In this document: positions 49,030 through 58,921 of the stretch, in pieces
How positions within the stretch are numbered: position 1 is the first letter of the stretch
How the letters are laid out: each line of letters opens with the position of its first letter
DNA from: Bdellovibrionales bacterium
Lineage (GTDB): Bacteria; Bdellovibrionota; Bdellovibrionia; Bdellovibrionales; UBA1609
Length of the DNA stretch: 64,000 bases
Direction of reading: 5' to 3'
NCBI GenBank assembly: GCA_965205945.1
Contig: CBDBIB010000001.1
Span: forward strand, 416,001 to 480,000
Position numbers and translations under genes: made by a program
The notes under the pieces: generated by a model
What the model saw: only the letters and a program-made list of their open reading frames with translations
What the model was told of the DNA's origin: nothing
Database searches by the model: none

Positions 49030-51036
49030 ATGTCTTTTAAACGTCACAAAGAAATTATTAAAACCATTAAACACCATGATGAGTTATATTATAAAGATTC
49101 AGCCCCTGAAATCACAGATTATGAATATGATAAGCTCTTTACTGAACTTAAAAATATTGAAGACTTAAACCCTTCTTTAATAACAGATGATTCCCCCACT
49201 CAAAGAGTAAGTGATGCTCCAGTTGATTTTTTTTTAAAGAAAAAACATCAACTTCCCATGTTGTCTTTACAAAACACATACAATTTAAAAGACATTCAAG
49301 ATTTTGATTTACGCTGCAAAAAAGTTTTAGCTTCTAAAGATGAAATTGAATATTGTTGTGAGCCTAAATTTGACGGACTTGCTGTTGAATTAATTTATAA
49401 GAATGGCTCTTTAACCTCAGCCCTTACAAGAGGCGATGGAAAAATTGGTGAAGATGTTTTATCAAATGTTAAAACTATTAAATCCATCCCTTTAAAACTA
49501 AATACAAAAACTCCTCCTAAAATTTTTGAAGTCAGAGGTGAGGTAATGATTTTAAAAAATGATTTTAAAACTTTAAATATCCAACAAAAAGATAGTGGCC
49601 TGCCAGTTTTTGCAAACCCTAGAAACGCTGCTGCCGGCTCCATTAGACAACTTGATTCAAAAATAGCAGCAAATCGCCCATTAAAATTTTATGGACACTC
49701 TCCAGGCAAAGTATCTAAAAAAAATTTTAAAACACAATTTGAATTTCTTAAGCTCTTAAAAAATTATAAGCTCCCCACAGCTTTAGACTATAATGTATAT
49801 AAAATCTGTAAAACTCTAAGCAAGGTCACTCTCCATTATAAAAAAATGGAAAAAAACAAAAAAAATCTCCCTTTTAATATAGATGGAATGGTTATAAAGG
49901 TGAATAACCTAAGTCTTCAGGATGAACTTGGTTTTATTGCAAGAAGTCCTCGCTGGGCTACGGCTGCTAAATTTAAGCCTGATCAAAAACTTACAGTCAT
50001 CTTAGATATTGAGTATCAAATTGGTCGAACTGGTATAATCACTCCCGTAGCTATTCTTGATCCTATATCTGTAGGAGGTGTTACAATTTCTAATGCTACA
50101 CTTCATAATTTTTCAGAACTTAAAAGAAAAGATATTCGAATTGGAGACACTGTGCTCATTCATAGAGCTGGAGAGGTCATCCCTGAAATTATTCATGTTA
50201 AACTTTCTAAGCGCTTAAAAACCTTTAAAAAAATTATTCCCCCTATAAATTGCCCGAGTTGTTTTAAAAAATTACAGCATGAAAATAATAAGATTGCCCT
50301 GCGGTGCACAAATATAAAATGCCCAGGTTTAAATCTAAAACGACTTAAACATTTTGTTTCAAGGTCAGCCTTAAATATAGATACGCTTGGAGATCGGATT
50401 ATTGAAAGATTTTTTAAACTTAATATGATTTTAAACTTTTCAGACATTTATTCTTTAAATAAACACAGTGTCCTTAAGCTTCCTCGTTTTGGAGAAAAAT
50501 CTATAGCAAATCTTTTTTCTTCAATTGAAAAAAGTAAATCAGAATCTCTTGAAAAGTTTATTTTTGCCTTTGGAATTAAACATGTTGGTAAAAAAACCGC
50601 GGAAATTTTAGCTGCTCACTTTCAAAACCTTGAAAAATTCTTAACCGCTACACCCAAAGAGCTTAAAGCTCTTCATAATATTGGTGAAAAAGTCGCCCTA
50701 AGTGTGGCCTCTGAGCTTAGTGATCCAAATTTTGTTAAAGAAATTAAAACACTATTAAAACTTGGTATTAATCCTCTTTCTGAATTCTCCAATCTTAAAC
50801 AAAAAAAAACTCCCCTTAGTGGTAAAAAAATTGTTATTACTGGAACTTTTAAAATACCACGTCCAGAGATTATTAAATTTCTTAAATCTTATGGAATAAA
50901 CGTAAGCAGCTCTGTAAGTAAAAGCACAGATTATCTCTTAGTTGGAGCAGCGGCTGGCTCAAAAGTAAAAAAAGCTCAACAGCTTGGTATAAAAATACTT
51001 TCCTGGATTGATTTAAATAAATTAATTAATTTTTAG
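49030..51036 (+). CDS. ligA: NAD-dependent DNA ligase
   Basis: EPKFDG, TRGDG, FANPRNAAAGS, zinc finger, HhH and BRCT. Confidence 0.97.
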   Translation: MSFKRHKEIIKTIKHHDELYYKDSAPEITDYEYDKLFTELKNIEDLNPSLITDDSPTQRVSDAPVDFFLKKKHQLPMLSLQNTYNLKDIQDFDLRCKKVLASKDEIEYCCEPKFDGLAVELIYKNGSLTSALTRGDGKIGEDVLSNVKTIKSIPLKLNTKTPPKIFEVRGEVMILKNDFKTLNIQQKDSGLPVFANPRNAAAGSIRQLDSKIAANRPLKFYGHSPGKVSKKNFKTQFEFLKLLKNYKLPTALDYNVYKICKTLSKVTLHYKKMEKNKKNLPFNIDGMVIKVNNLSLQDELGFIARSPRWATAAKFKPDQKLTVILDIEYQIGRTGIITPVAILDPISVGGVTISNATLHNFSELKRKDIRIGDTVLIHRAGEVIPEIIHVKLSKRLKTFKKIIPPINCPSCFKKLQHENNKIALRCTNIKCPGLNLKRLKHFVSRSALNIDTLGDRIIERFFKLNMILNFSDIYSLNKHSVLKLPRFGEKSIANLFSSIEKSKSESLEKFIFAFGIKHVGKKTAEILAAHFQNLEKFLTATPKELKALHNIGEKVALSVASELSDPNFVKEIKTLLKLGINPLSEFSNLKQKKTPLSGKKIVITGTFKIPRPEIIKFLKSYGINVSSSVSKSTDYLLVGAAAGSKVKKAQQLGIKILSWIDLNKLINF

Positions 51037-51043
51037 ACTAAAT

Positions 51044-51241
51044 TTAAATATGATCTACAACAATATCTCTAGCCATCACTGTTTTTCTTCCATCAACTTT
51101 AGCCGATTCAAGTCCACGCTGACATAGTCTTTCAACAGCCTTACTTAAAGCCTCCACTGTCTCACTTGAAGTGTTACAGCCACCTTGTTCTTTAATAAAT
51201 TTTTTAACTTTGCTGGTTACCACCAATATCTCTGCAGCCAT
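51044..51241 (-). CDS. Bacterial histone-fold protein (Bd0055/HBb-like)
   Basis: LVVTSKVKKFIK...NTS.E...LS.......A..DGRKTVMARD, with the histone L2/alpha3 RKTV...D motif; GAGGAGG RBS. Confidence 0.92.
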   Translation of the reverse strand: MAAEILVVTSKVKKFIKEQGGCNTSSETVEALSKAVERLCQRGLESAKVDGRKTVMARDIVVDHI

Positions 51242-51351
51242 ATGGCCCTCCTCATTTACTTTATAAGAATAACTAGAAAGTGTTAAAGTGAAAATAAAAC
51301 CATTCGCGTCGCGTTATTTTATATTTTCTGACTCTTTATCAAGCTTTTTTA

Positions 51352-52794
51352 TTAATTTTTGCCTGAATAATAATCTAACTCTTCTTTATTTTTCCATTCT
51401 TTTAAACTCGCAACTCTATCCTTGCCTAAAGGGCTTATCTTAATATAGGCATATCTGGTTAAAATTTTTCTACACTCAATATCTTTAAAAACAGGCGACC
51501 AACTGCCTGGATTTAAAAATTCAACAGAACCTCTTAGTTCATGTTTTACTATATGTGTGTGTCCAAATACAACTCTACTCGTATTAGTCACAATACTTAT
51601 CCACCTTAACCTTTGCTCACCAGGGTCTCTAAATACATTTTCTTTATTTTTAACAGTACTTGAATAAAATATAAAAAACGGTGCTAAAAGCAAAATAGGT
51701 ATAAGTGCCCAATAAATCTGAATGTCAACTAACTGATCCACCATTAAAAAAAATTGAAAAATAAATAAAATTCCAATTAAAAATATAACAGCTTTATCTA
51801 TCCATAAAACCTGCATAATTTTCCATGGCGAACTCACCGCTGAAGGAACTGCAAGAGCAGCAAGTTCTCTAACCATTCGAGGCGTTGCTCTAGATTTTTC
51901 CGCAATCTGCTCAACCCTCTCCTCATAAAAAAATGGATCCACAATAGGCTCTCTAAGTCTATAAAGAACTGACCTGTAACTAATCACCACTGAACTATAA
52001 AACCATGTCCAAATAATTAAAGGTTGTTTTCTAATAAGAAACTTAATAAAAAAATGCAGGTATTGCTTTAAAGTTAATCTGTAGTTTTCTTCGCTATAGG
52101 GATTAACAAAGCCCATAACATTCACCATATATCTAGTTACCATATTTCCAAAAGGAATTCTTATTCTAAAATCATTGCCCACCTTAATCATTGGAAACAC
52201 TGGCGTTTGACAAACACAGTAGGGATCATACTGATTGCCATGTTCTATATGTGTGTCCTTATGACTTATGTAAAACCATTCACAAAATCGAATAAGGTCC
52301 TTACCACCTTGAATATTTGTGATTGCTTTTCTAACTCGCCTTTGAACGTTAGAGTAGTGAAGCTCTAAATCATGGTTTCCAATAATAAAAACAAGCCTAT
52401 TTCCGCCTTCAACAAATCTTGTTAAAGCCTTAACAAAAATAGGATGTGTTTTTAAGATCCTATCAATTTTAAAAACTGATTTTTCTTTCTGTGAAAACAT
52501 CGTCCTATTTCTCTCAAAACTACTTATTTTAAATGATGGCCTTTCAGGCACAGCTGTAACACAATCAAAATCAAAAATGTCACCATTTAATACAAGTTCA
52601 ACTGGGGTTTTTGTAGTTTTAACCTGTTGCTCTAACCAATCAGAAAAAATTTCATCAAAAAAAAACTCTTTTGTTTTATACTTCTTCCATAAAGGTGCCC
52701 TAGGATCTACTTGATGACCTTCAGTCAAGTGTAGATCACTTATAACAAGGGTTGTATATCCTTTTTCAGGAAAAACTTTGACCTTTTTAGACAT
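51352..52794 (-). CDS. Calcineurin-like metallophosphoesterase with an inserted TM hairpin
   Basis: SDLH, NGDIFD, GNHD, EHG and FGHTH; two hydrophobic helices before GHTH. Confidence 0.85.
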   Translation of the reverse strand: MSKKVKVFPEKGYTTLVISDLHLTEGHQVDPRAPLWKKYKTKEFFFDEIFSDWLEQQVKTTKTPVELVLNGDIFDFDCVTAVPERPSFKISSFERNRTMFSQKEKSVFKIDRILKTHPIFVKALTRFVEGGNRLVFIIGNHDLELHYSNVQRRVRKAITNIQGGKDLIRFCEWFYISHKDTHIEHGNQYDPYCVCQTPVFPMIKVGNDFRIRIPFGNMVTRYMVNVMGFVNPYSEENYRLTLKQYLHFFIKFLIRKQPLIIWTWFYSSVVISYRSVLYRLREPIVDPFFYEERVEQIAEKSRATPRMVRELAALAVPSAVSSPWKIMQVLWIDKAVIFLIGILFIFQFFLMVDQLVDIQIYWALIPILLLAPFFIFYSSTVKNKENVFRDPGEQRLRWISIVTNTSRVVFGHTHIVKHELRGSVEFLNPGSWSPVFKDIECRKILTRYAYIKISPLGKDRVASLKEWKNKEELDYYSGKN

Positions 52795-53113
52795 ATCTTT
52801 TTATATAAGATTCTTATAAAAATAAGTAGTAAATTAAATTCTATGATCCAAAGGGGACTAATGAATAATGAACCTAGAACAAACTATATTTATATAGACA
52901 CTAGACTTATATATAGAGAAAAAGACGTTTTAGCTCCGGGTTTTAACCACCACATCATCTCTTCCATAATGGTAAAGGCTACTTATATACTAAATTTTAT
53001 TAAAACAAGAGCTCAAAGATTTATGGCTTTTATTAAAAAACTCTTTAATCTAGATTTAAGCCCTGATCTTTTAAAATACTTATTAAAAGTCTAGGACTAA
53101 AGGTTTAAGCTCC

Positions 53114-53890
53114 ATGAGTTTTTTTCGCATACTTTATAAAAGCCTTATCTCTTCTTTTTTTATCATTTTATTTTTTATTCTAACTCTAATTATAAATATA
53201 GTTTTATACCCTTTTTATTTTATTAAAAAAAAGTTCTTAATAAAACTTAGCGTCTGGCACTCAAAAATTTTATTAAAAATCTTTGGATTTAGCCTAATAA
53301 TGAAAGGAACACCTCCTCTTAACAACGGAACATTGATTATTGGCAACCATATGTCTTATCTAGACATTCTTATTTATCTAAGCTTTTTTGAGTGCCTCTT
53401 TGTCACTTCTGTAGAAACAAAAGAAAAACCTTTTCTTGGATCAATAACAAGTCTAGCAGGTTGTTTATTTGTTGAACGTAGAAACCCAAGAAATCTTTTA
53501 AATGAGCTAAAAATAATTAAAAAGCATTTTGATCACAATCTTTCTATTTGCATTTTCCCAGAAGGAACAAGCTCTAATGGTGAGAAAATACTACCCTTTA
53601 AAAAAAGTCTATTCCAACTTCCTATTAAAACAAAATGTCCAATACAACCTATTGTTCTTAAATACACTCTCATCAATGATAAACCCTTTGGTCTTCACAA
53701 TTGTGACCTAGTTTGTTGGTATGGAAAACACCAGCCCTTTTTAAAACATCTTTTCACTCTTTTTTCTTTAAAAAAAATAACTGCTCAAATTGAAATTTTA
53801 ACTCAAATTGATTCAAAGATTTTTCGTGACCGCAAGGAAGCTTCTAACAATTGCTACCAAATTCTGTCTGACGAATATTTAAAAAAATAG
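53114..53890 (+). CDS. PlsC/OlsA-family lysophospholipid acyltransferase
   Basis: NHMSYLD (HX4D), FVER and FPEGT. Confidence 0.9.
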   Translation: MSFFRILYKSLISSFFIILFFILTLIINIVLYPFYFIKKKFLIKLSVWHSKILLKIFGFSLIMKGTPPLNNGTLIIGNHMSYLDILIYLSFFECLFVTSVETKEKPFLGSITSLAGCLFVERRNPRNLLNELKIIKKHFDHNLSICIFPEGTSSNGEKILPFKKSLFQLPIKTKCPIQPIVLKYTLINDKPFGLHNCDLVCWYGKHQPFLKHLFTLFSLKKITAQIEILTQIDSKIFRDRKEASNNCYQILSDEYLKK

Positions 53891-53947
53891 ATCTTTTTAG
53901 ACCTTTTGCTAGGAGCTTCTCTTTTAAAAAAGAATATAATTATCTTT

Positions 53948-54580
53948 ATGTTTAGATATTTTTTTTTAATAATTTTTATAGTATTTCCCTCTTGTAATAA
54001 CAATGAATCCTTATCTAATGTCGAATTTAAAATAAATCCTGCATCACCTACTGTTTTCACCGCAGATACCATTGAAACTAAAAAAACAATAATTGATGGT
54101 GTAAGAACTATAGAAACTTTCGATATACCCGGCCCATGGATGAGTATTGGATTTGATATTATAAACAAAAGCAAAATTGCAGTAACAATAATAGCTGTCA
54201 CTTTCTACATCAGCCTTCCTAACGAAGAAATAAAAACACAATCCATCACTAATTATAACGCCAATGGTGAAGCCCTTAGCTTCTTTGCTATCCTTCGCCC
54301 TGAAAATGACGTTAACTGTGACGGAATAGTAAGTAACAGCGAAGCAAAATTAATAAACCCTGTGCTTGATAAAGATTGTTTTATGGATGAAACAAACCCT
54401 TCTTTTAATGGTCTTCGATTTAAATTATATGATTTATTAAGTAATGCTGAGGATAAAAGTGCCTATTTAGGAGCAAGTTACCCTGTCAAAGCTCACTTTG
54501 AGGGTTGGACTGGAACATTTGAAAAACCTGAAAAGAATTTTTTTAAAGAAATTTTCTTTATAGGCAAAAGCTCTTTCTAA
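53948..54580 (+). CDS. Putative lipoprotein
   Basis: MFRYFFLIIFIVFPSC lipobox-like start; DVNCDG..S.SE EF-hand-like loop. Confidence 0.65.
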   Translation: MFRYFFLIIFIVFPSCNNNESLSNVEFKINPASPTVFTADTIETKKTIIDGVRTIETFDIPGPWMSIGFDIINKSKIAVTIIAVTFYISLPNEEIKTQSITNYNANGEALSFFAILRPENDVNCDGIVSNSEAKLINPVLDKDCFMDETNPSFNGLRFKLYDLLSNAEDKSAYLGASYPVKAHFEGWTGTFEKPEKNFFKEIFFIGKSSF

Positions 54581-54650
54581 AATAAATCCTAATCTTAAAG
54601 CCCTTCTCCTTAAACAGATTCTAATTAAATAGTTTTTATTCATTAATAAT

Positions 54651-54674
54651 TAACCCAAATTCGAACTTGGGTTA
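54651..54674. repeat. 24-bp near-perfect palindrome made of two fused IS982-type ends
   Basis: TAACCCAAATTCGAACTTGGGTTA; compare the IR TAACCCGAATTCGAACT at 33650. Confidence 0.7.
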
Positions 54675-54676
54675 TA

Positions 54677-55598
54677 GAGCCTTAAATTATTTTGTATAAG
54701 ATCTTTACTAGTGAGAATGATTGCTTAAACTTTTTAAAAGAGATCCGTTGGAGTAAAGGCTTTCACTGCCAGGCCTGTGGTTATGATGATTTTTGGAAAA
54801 TCATCATCAGGCCTTCGCCGCTGCCAATCTTATAGATTCAAAAACTGAGTAAAAAAAAACTATTTTTCAATCAAGCAGGCTTCCCTTAAAAACTTGGTTC
54901 TATGCAATTTGGTGGTTCACTTCACAAAAAACTAGCATCAGTGCTTTGAATCTTTAAAAGAATATTGGTCTAGGTAGTTATCGTAGTGCATGGCTACTTC
55001 TTCATAAAATTCGAACTGCTATGGTTCGTAAAAATCAAAGCCTTCTGCAAGGAGAGGTTGAAATTGATGAAGCTTTTGTTAAAGGCGCCCGCTCTAGAAA
55101 GCGCGGCAAAGGCGCTAAAGGAAAGGAACTCGTTGTAATTGCTAGGGAATGTTTTAGTAAAAAACGTACTGGTAGAATTTAAATGCAAAGAATTCTAGAT
55201 GCTTTAGCGACAACTTTAGAACTCTTTATTCTGGATAATATTGCTCAAGGATCGACAATACACACAGACGGCTGGCCAAGTTACAACGCCATTTCAAGCT
55301 TAGGATATAAGCACTCACCTCGATCTTCAAATTCAGTAGACCCGGATGAACTTCTTCCAAGAATTAATGTTGTAACTACTCTTCTAAAAAGATGGCTGCT
55401 GAAAACACTTCATGGAAATCTAAACCCTAAACATATGGATAACTATTTTGAAGAGTTTATTTTCAGATTTAACAGAAGAACTTTAAAGTCTTAAGGTCTT
55501 TTATTCCAGCGAGTTCTTAAAAACTCAATTCTTGTTCAGCCAGCTCCATATCAGGAAATTATTGCTAGAAAACAATAGGGCCAGTCAAGTGCATACCC
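54677..55598 (+). mobile_element. IS1595-family (ISXO2-like) element; transposase pseudogene, left end missing
   Basis: FTSENDC..FL..IRW..GFHCQACG zinc ribbon, SAW.LLHKIR.AM, GEVEIDE, HTDGW.SY and Y.EEF.FRFNRR. In-frame TAA at 54955, 55180 and 55492. Candidate right end GTCAAGTGCATACCC. Confidence 0.9.
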
Positions 55599-55608
55599 AG
55601 GTAATTTA

Positions 55609-56310
55609 TTATTTAAGTGACCAAATCCCCATAGCAACAGATACAGAAATATTAAAGCTTGCAGTTGAATCAGTTTGAGGAATATAAACCTTAAAATCTG
55701 AAGCTTTAATCAGTGCTGGCTTAATACCTTTTTCTTCAGCTCCAGCAATAAGAATTGTTTTCCTAGATTTTGGGGCATCTCTAATATCTTGCATTTCTTC
55801 ATCCACTACCAAAGAATAAGACCAAAAACCTTTTGCTTTAAAGCCTTTTAATTCATTTTTAATATTTTGGACTCGCATTATTGGAATATGTTCAGCTCCT
55901 CCACACGCCACCTTACAAGCTGTCGGATTCAAAGGAGCCGAGTCTTTTACTGACATTAAAATCCCATCAACCCCCATAAGCCAAGCCGTTCTTAAAATAG
56001 CACCCAAATTCTGAGTGTCCTCCACAGAATCCAAAACTAGAATAAAGCACTCTTTCCCATCTTCATTTGGCCACTTTGGGTTTTCTGTAACTTTACAAGC
56101 AATTCCTTGAGTATTTTTTGAAAGCTTATTAAAAAAACTTTCTTTTTTAGGGGTTAAACTTAGGCCCACTCTTTTTGCCAAAGTCTTAACTTCATCACTC
56201 CATTTTTTAGAATCAAAAGTCTCCCCAGTATAAAGTGCAGACACTGCATGAGGTCGTACTTTTAACGCCTCCATAACTGAATGCCTACCAACTACTATGC
56301 GGTTTGCCAT
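55609..56310 (-). CDS. TrmH/SpoU-family RNA methyltransferase (RlmB-like)
   Basis: GRHSV.EAL, DTQNLGAILRTA, GAEEKG and SFNISVS. Confidence 0.88.
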   Translation of the reverse strand: MANRIVVGRHSVMEALKVRPHAVSALYTGETFDSKKWSDEVKTLAKRVGLSLTPKKESFFNKLSKNTQGIACKVTENPKWPNEDGKECFILVLDSVEDTQNLGAILRTAWLMGVDGILMSVKDSAPLNPTACKVACGGAEHIPIMRVQNIKNELKGFKAKGFWSYSLVVDEEMQDIRDAPKSRKTILIAGAEEKGIKPALIKASDFKVYIPQTDSTASFNISVSVAMGIWSLK

Positions 56311-57002
56311 GCTAACTTTAACTTATTAACAGTTTTATTAAAATTTCTAGTTCTTATTAGCGACCTGCCCATAACCAAATAAGTTGCACCATCAGCCCAA
56401 GCCCTTTCAGGTGTTGAAACTCTTTTTTGATCCTCTTTATCCTCATTGATAAAACGAATACCTGGTGTCACAAAAATACCCTTTGGGTATTTTCTCTTAA
56501 CGGTTAAGACTTCTTTTGGCGAACACACCAGACCTAACAAACCTGACTCAAAAGTTAGATTAGACAAATCTTTAACAATCCTATCAGGCTTCATATGTTT
56601 AAAAAGAGGCAATGTATTTTCTTCCTGATCAAAACTTGTAAGCAACGTCACCACTAAAATTTTAAACGGTCTTATTTGATTCAATTCTTTTTCAAGTTTT
56701 GCAAGGCCTCTTAAACATTCTAAACCATTTAAAGCATGAACTGTACAAAAAGAAGCCTCACTCTTAAACACAGCTCTTACAGAATTTAAAACCGTTGAAG
56801 GAATATCAAAAAATTTATAATCAATAAATATTTTACCTTTTTTTGAAAACCATCTCCACTCACTTTGCGTAAGTTGAAAACCTAAACGAGGCCCTATTTT
56901 AAAACCTAAAATATACGAAGACCATTTCTCAACTAAAGAAAAAGCCTCCTTTTTAGTGTCCACATCAAGGGCAAGAAAAACATCAGCTTTAGATTCTGTC
57001 AT
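56295..57002 (-). CDS. pyrF: Orotidine-5'-phosphate decarboxylase
   Basis: ALD, DYKFFDIPSTV, TPGIR, DQKRV.TP and VMGR. Confidence 0.95.
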   Translation of the reverse strand: MTESKADVFLALDVDTKKEAFSLVEKWSSYILGFKIGPRLGFQLTQSEWRWFSKKGKIFIDYKFFDIPSTVLNSVRAVFKSEASFCTVHALNGLECLRGLAKLEKELNQIRPFKILVVTLLTSFDQEENTLPLFKHMKPDRIVKDLSNLTFESGLLGLVCSPKEVLTVKRKYPKGIFVTPGIRFINEDKEDQKRVSTPERAWADGATYLVMGRSLIRTRNFNKTVNKLKLAWQTA

Positions 57003-58710
57003 AACATTCCTTAATTTTTAAAACTGCACTGTCTAACGGGCAATGATACTTTTCACCCTTAGATCTTACAAAAATATCTACCTTACCCAAGTTAAACCCC
57101 TTAAACCCTATAGTAAGCCGCACAGGAAAACCTAAAAGATCTGCATCTTTAAATTTAACACCTGGACGCTCCTTTCTATTATCAACAAATACACTAAGAC
57201 CTATAGCCTTAAGCTCATCAACAGTTTTTAAAAAGTAGGATTTAATCTCATCATTTAAATCCAATAAACAAATATGAACATCAAAAGGAGAAAGAGATTT
57301 AGGCCAGACAATACCATTTTCATCATGAGACTGTTCGATTGCAGCCTGTAAGGTTCTTGAAACTCCTAAACCATAACAACCCATTTTAAAAAACTGTGCT
57401 CTACCCTTAGCATCTAAGAACTGCGCTTGCATAGACTTACTATACTTAGTTCCAAGATAAAAAATATGCCCCACCTCAATACCTCTTACGGATTTAAGGC
57501 TTCCCTTCCCATCAGGAGAAGGGTCACCATTTTGAGCCAAAGTTAAATCAAAAATTTCTTTAACCTTAAAGTCCCTTCCAGGACTTACACCTTTTAAATG
57601 AAAATCATCCTTATTCGCACCCACCACCATGTTTTTATAATCTTTTAAAAATTGATCCATATAAATATTGATCTTCACACCAACAGGTCCACAACTTCCT
57701 GGATTTGCACCAACTAAATCTAAAACCTCAACATCAGTAAGCATTCTTGGTTCTGTAAAAAAGCCTAAGTGATTTTTTATTTTAATTGGATTTACTTTAT
57801 CTAAGCCTTTTAAAAGCACTATAAATACAACAACCTTTCCATTTGGGTATTCCCCTTGGAAAAACATAGTTTTAACAAGTTCTTCTTCTGGTAAGTTTAA
57901 AAATTCTGATAAATCCGTAATAGTCTTTAAATTAGGGGTTGAAATCTCCTCTAAAACCTTTTCAACAGTCACTGAATTCGGTGTATTTAATTCAAATACC
58001 CTGGGACAAATTTCAATATTTGCAGCGTAGTCTGAACCATCACTCATCAACAGTTCGTCCTCACCTACGCCTGCTAAAACTTGAAACTCCTCTGTTAAAG
58101 AGCCTCCTATAGCACCAGCATCAGCCCTTACAATTCTATATTTTAAACCTAATTGGTTAAAAATTCTAATATAAGCATCTTTAAAAAGATGGTAGCTTTT
58201 ATGTGCAGCTTCTTCATCTATATCAAAACTATAAGCATCCTTCATTAAAAACTCACGACTACGCATCAAACCAAATCTTGGTCTAATTTCATCTCGATAC
58301 TTATTCTGAATTTGGTAGTATATAATAGGAAGTTCTTTATAGCTTGTAATGTCATTCTTAACGTAATCTGTGATCACCTCTTCGTGAGTAGGTCCAAGAC
58401 AAAACTCATTGTTGTTCTTATTCCTAAAAGTTTGCACATCCGGATATCCCCAGCGCCCAGATTCTTCCCAAAGTTTTTTAGGCTGCACCATTGGCATTAA
58501 AAGTTCCGCCATACCAGCTAAATCAAGTTCTTTTCTAATGATTTTTTCAAGCTTTCTAAGTGCTCTTAAAAATAATGGACTATAAGTATAAATTCCTGAA
58601 CTTAATTTTTTAATCAATCCAGATCTCAATAACAGTTTATGACTTGGAATCTCTGCATCCGAAGGATCTTCTTTATATGTTTTAATTCCAAGGTTTGTCC
58701 AATTTACCAT
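56989..58710 (-). CDS. proS: Prolyl-tRNA synthetase with editing insertion
   Basis: LGPTHEE, RDEIRPRFGLMR.REF.MKD and GIEVGHIF.LG.KYS. Confidence 0.97.
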   Translation of the reverse strand: MVNWTNLGIKTYKEDPSDAEIPSHKLLLRSGLIKKLSSGIYTYSPLFLRALRKLEKIIRKELDLAGMAELLMPMVQPKKLWEESGRWGYPDVQTFRNKNNNEFCLGPTHEEVITDYVKNDITSYKELPIIYYQIQNKYRDEIRPRFGLMRSREFLMKDAYSFDIDEEAAHKSYHLFKDAYIRIFNQLGLKYRIVRADAGAIGGSLTEEFQVLAGVGEDELLMSDGSDYAANIEICPRVFELNTPNSVTVEKVLEEISTPNLKTITDLSEFLNLPEEELVKTMFFQGEYPNGKVVVFIVLLKGLDKVNPIKIKNHLGFFTEPRMLTDVEVLDLVGANPGSCGPVGVKINIYMDQFLKDYKNMVVGANKDDFHLKGVSPGRDFKVKEIFDLTLAQNGDPSPDGKGSLKSVRGIEVGHIFYLGTKYSKSMQAQFLDAKGRAQFFKMGCYGLGVSRTLQAAIEQSHDENGIVWPKSLSPFDVHICLLDLNDEIKSYFLKTVDELKAIGLSVFVDNRKERPGVKFKDADLLGFPVRLTIGFKGFNLGKVDIFVRSKGEKYHCPLDSAVLKIKECYDRI

Positions 58711-58921
58711 CTTCTTCCTCTTTTTTTACTGATATCTAGTAAAGCATAACATAAATAAGCACCCTATAATTACCCCTCTTTTTATAAAATGACTAAATAT
58801 ATTTGCTAGATTTTATTTAATATTTTAACGCCTAATTGATTCTAAGTCTATCCTGACTCTTTTTAAGTTATATTTAAATCTCTTTATAAAAACTTAAAAC
58901 TAGTTTTTAATAATGCTTTTT

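Noticed and set aside
52843..53094. 83-aa ORF upstream of the acyltransferase
   Set aside because: No RBS or motif. It could be spurious or a decayed remnant, so it was not called.
54955..55494. Stop-codon readthrough or an alternative genetic code suggested by in-frame TAA codons in the IS1595 transposase
   Set aside because: Housekeeping genes end normally at TAA, TAG and TGA, and the element also has frameshifts. This is ordinary pseudogenisation.
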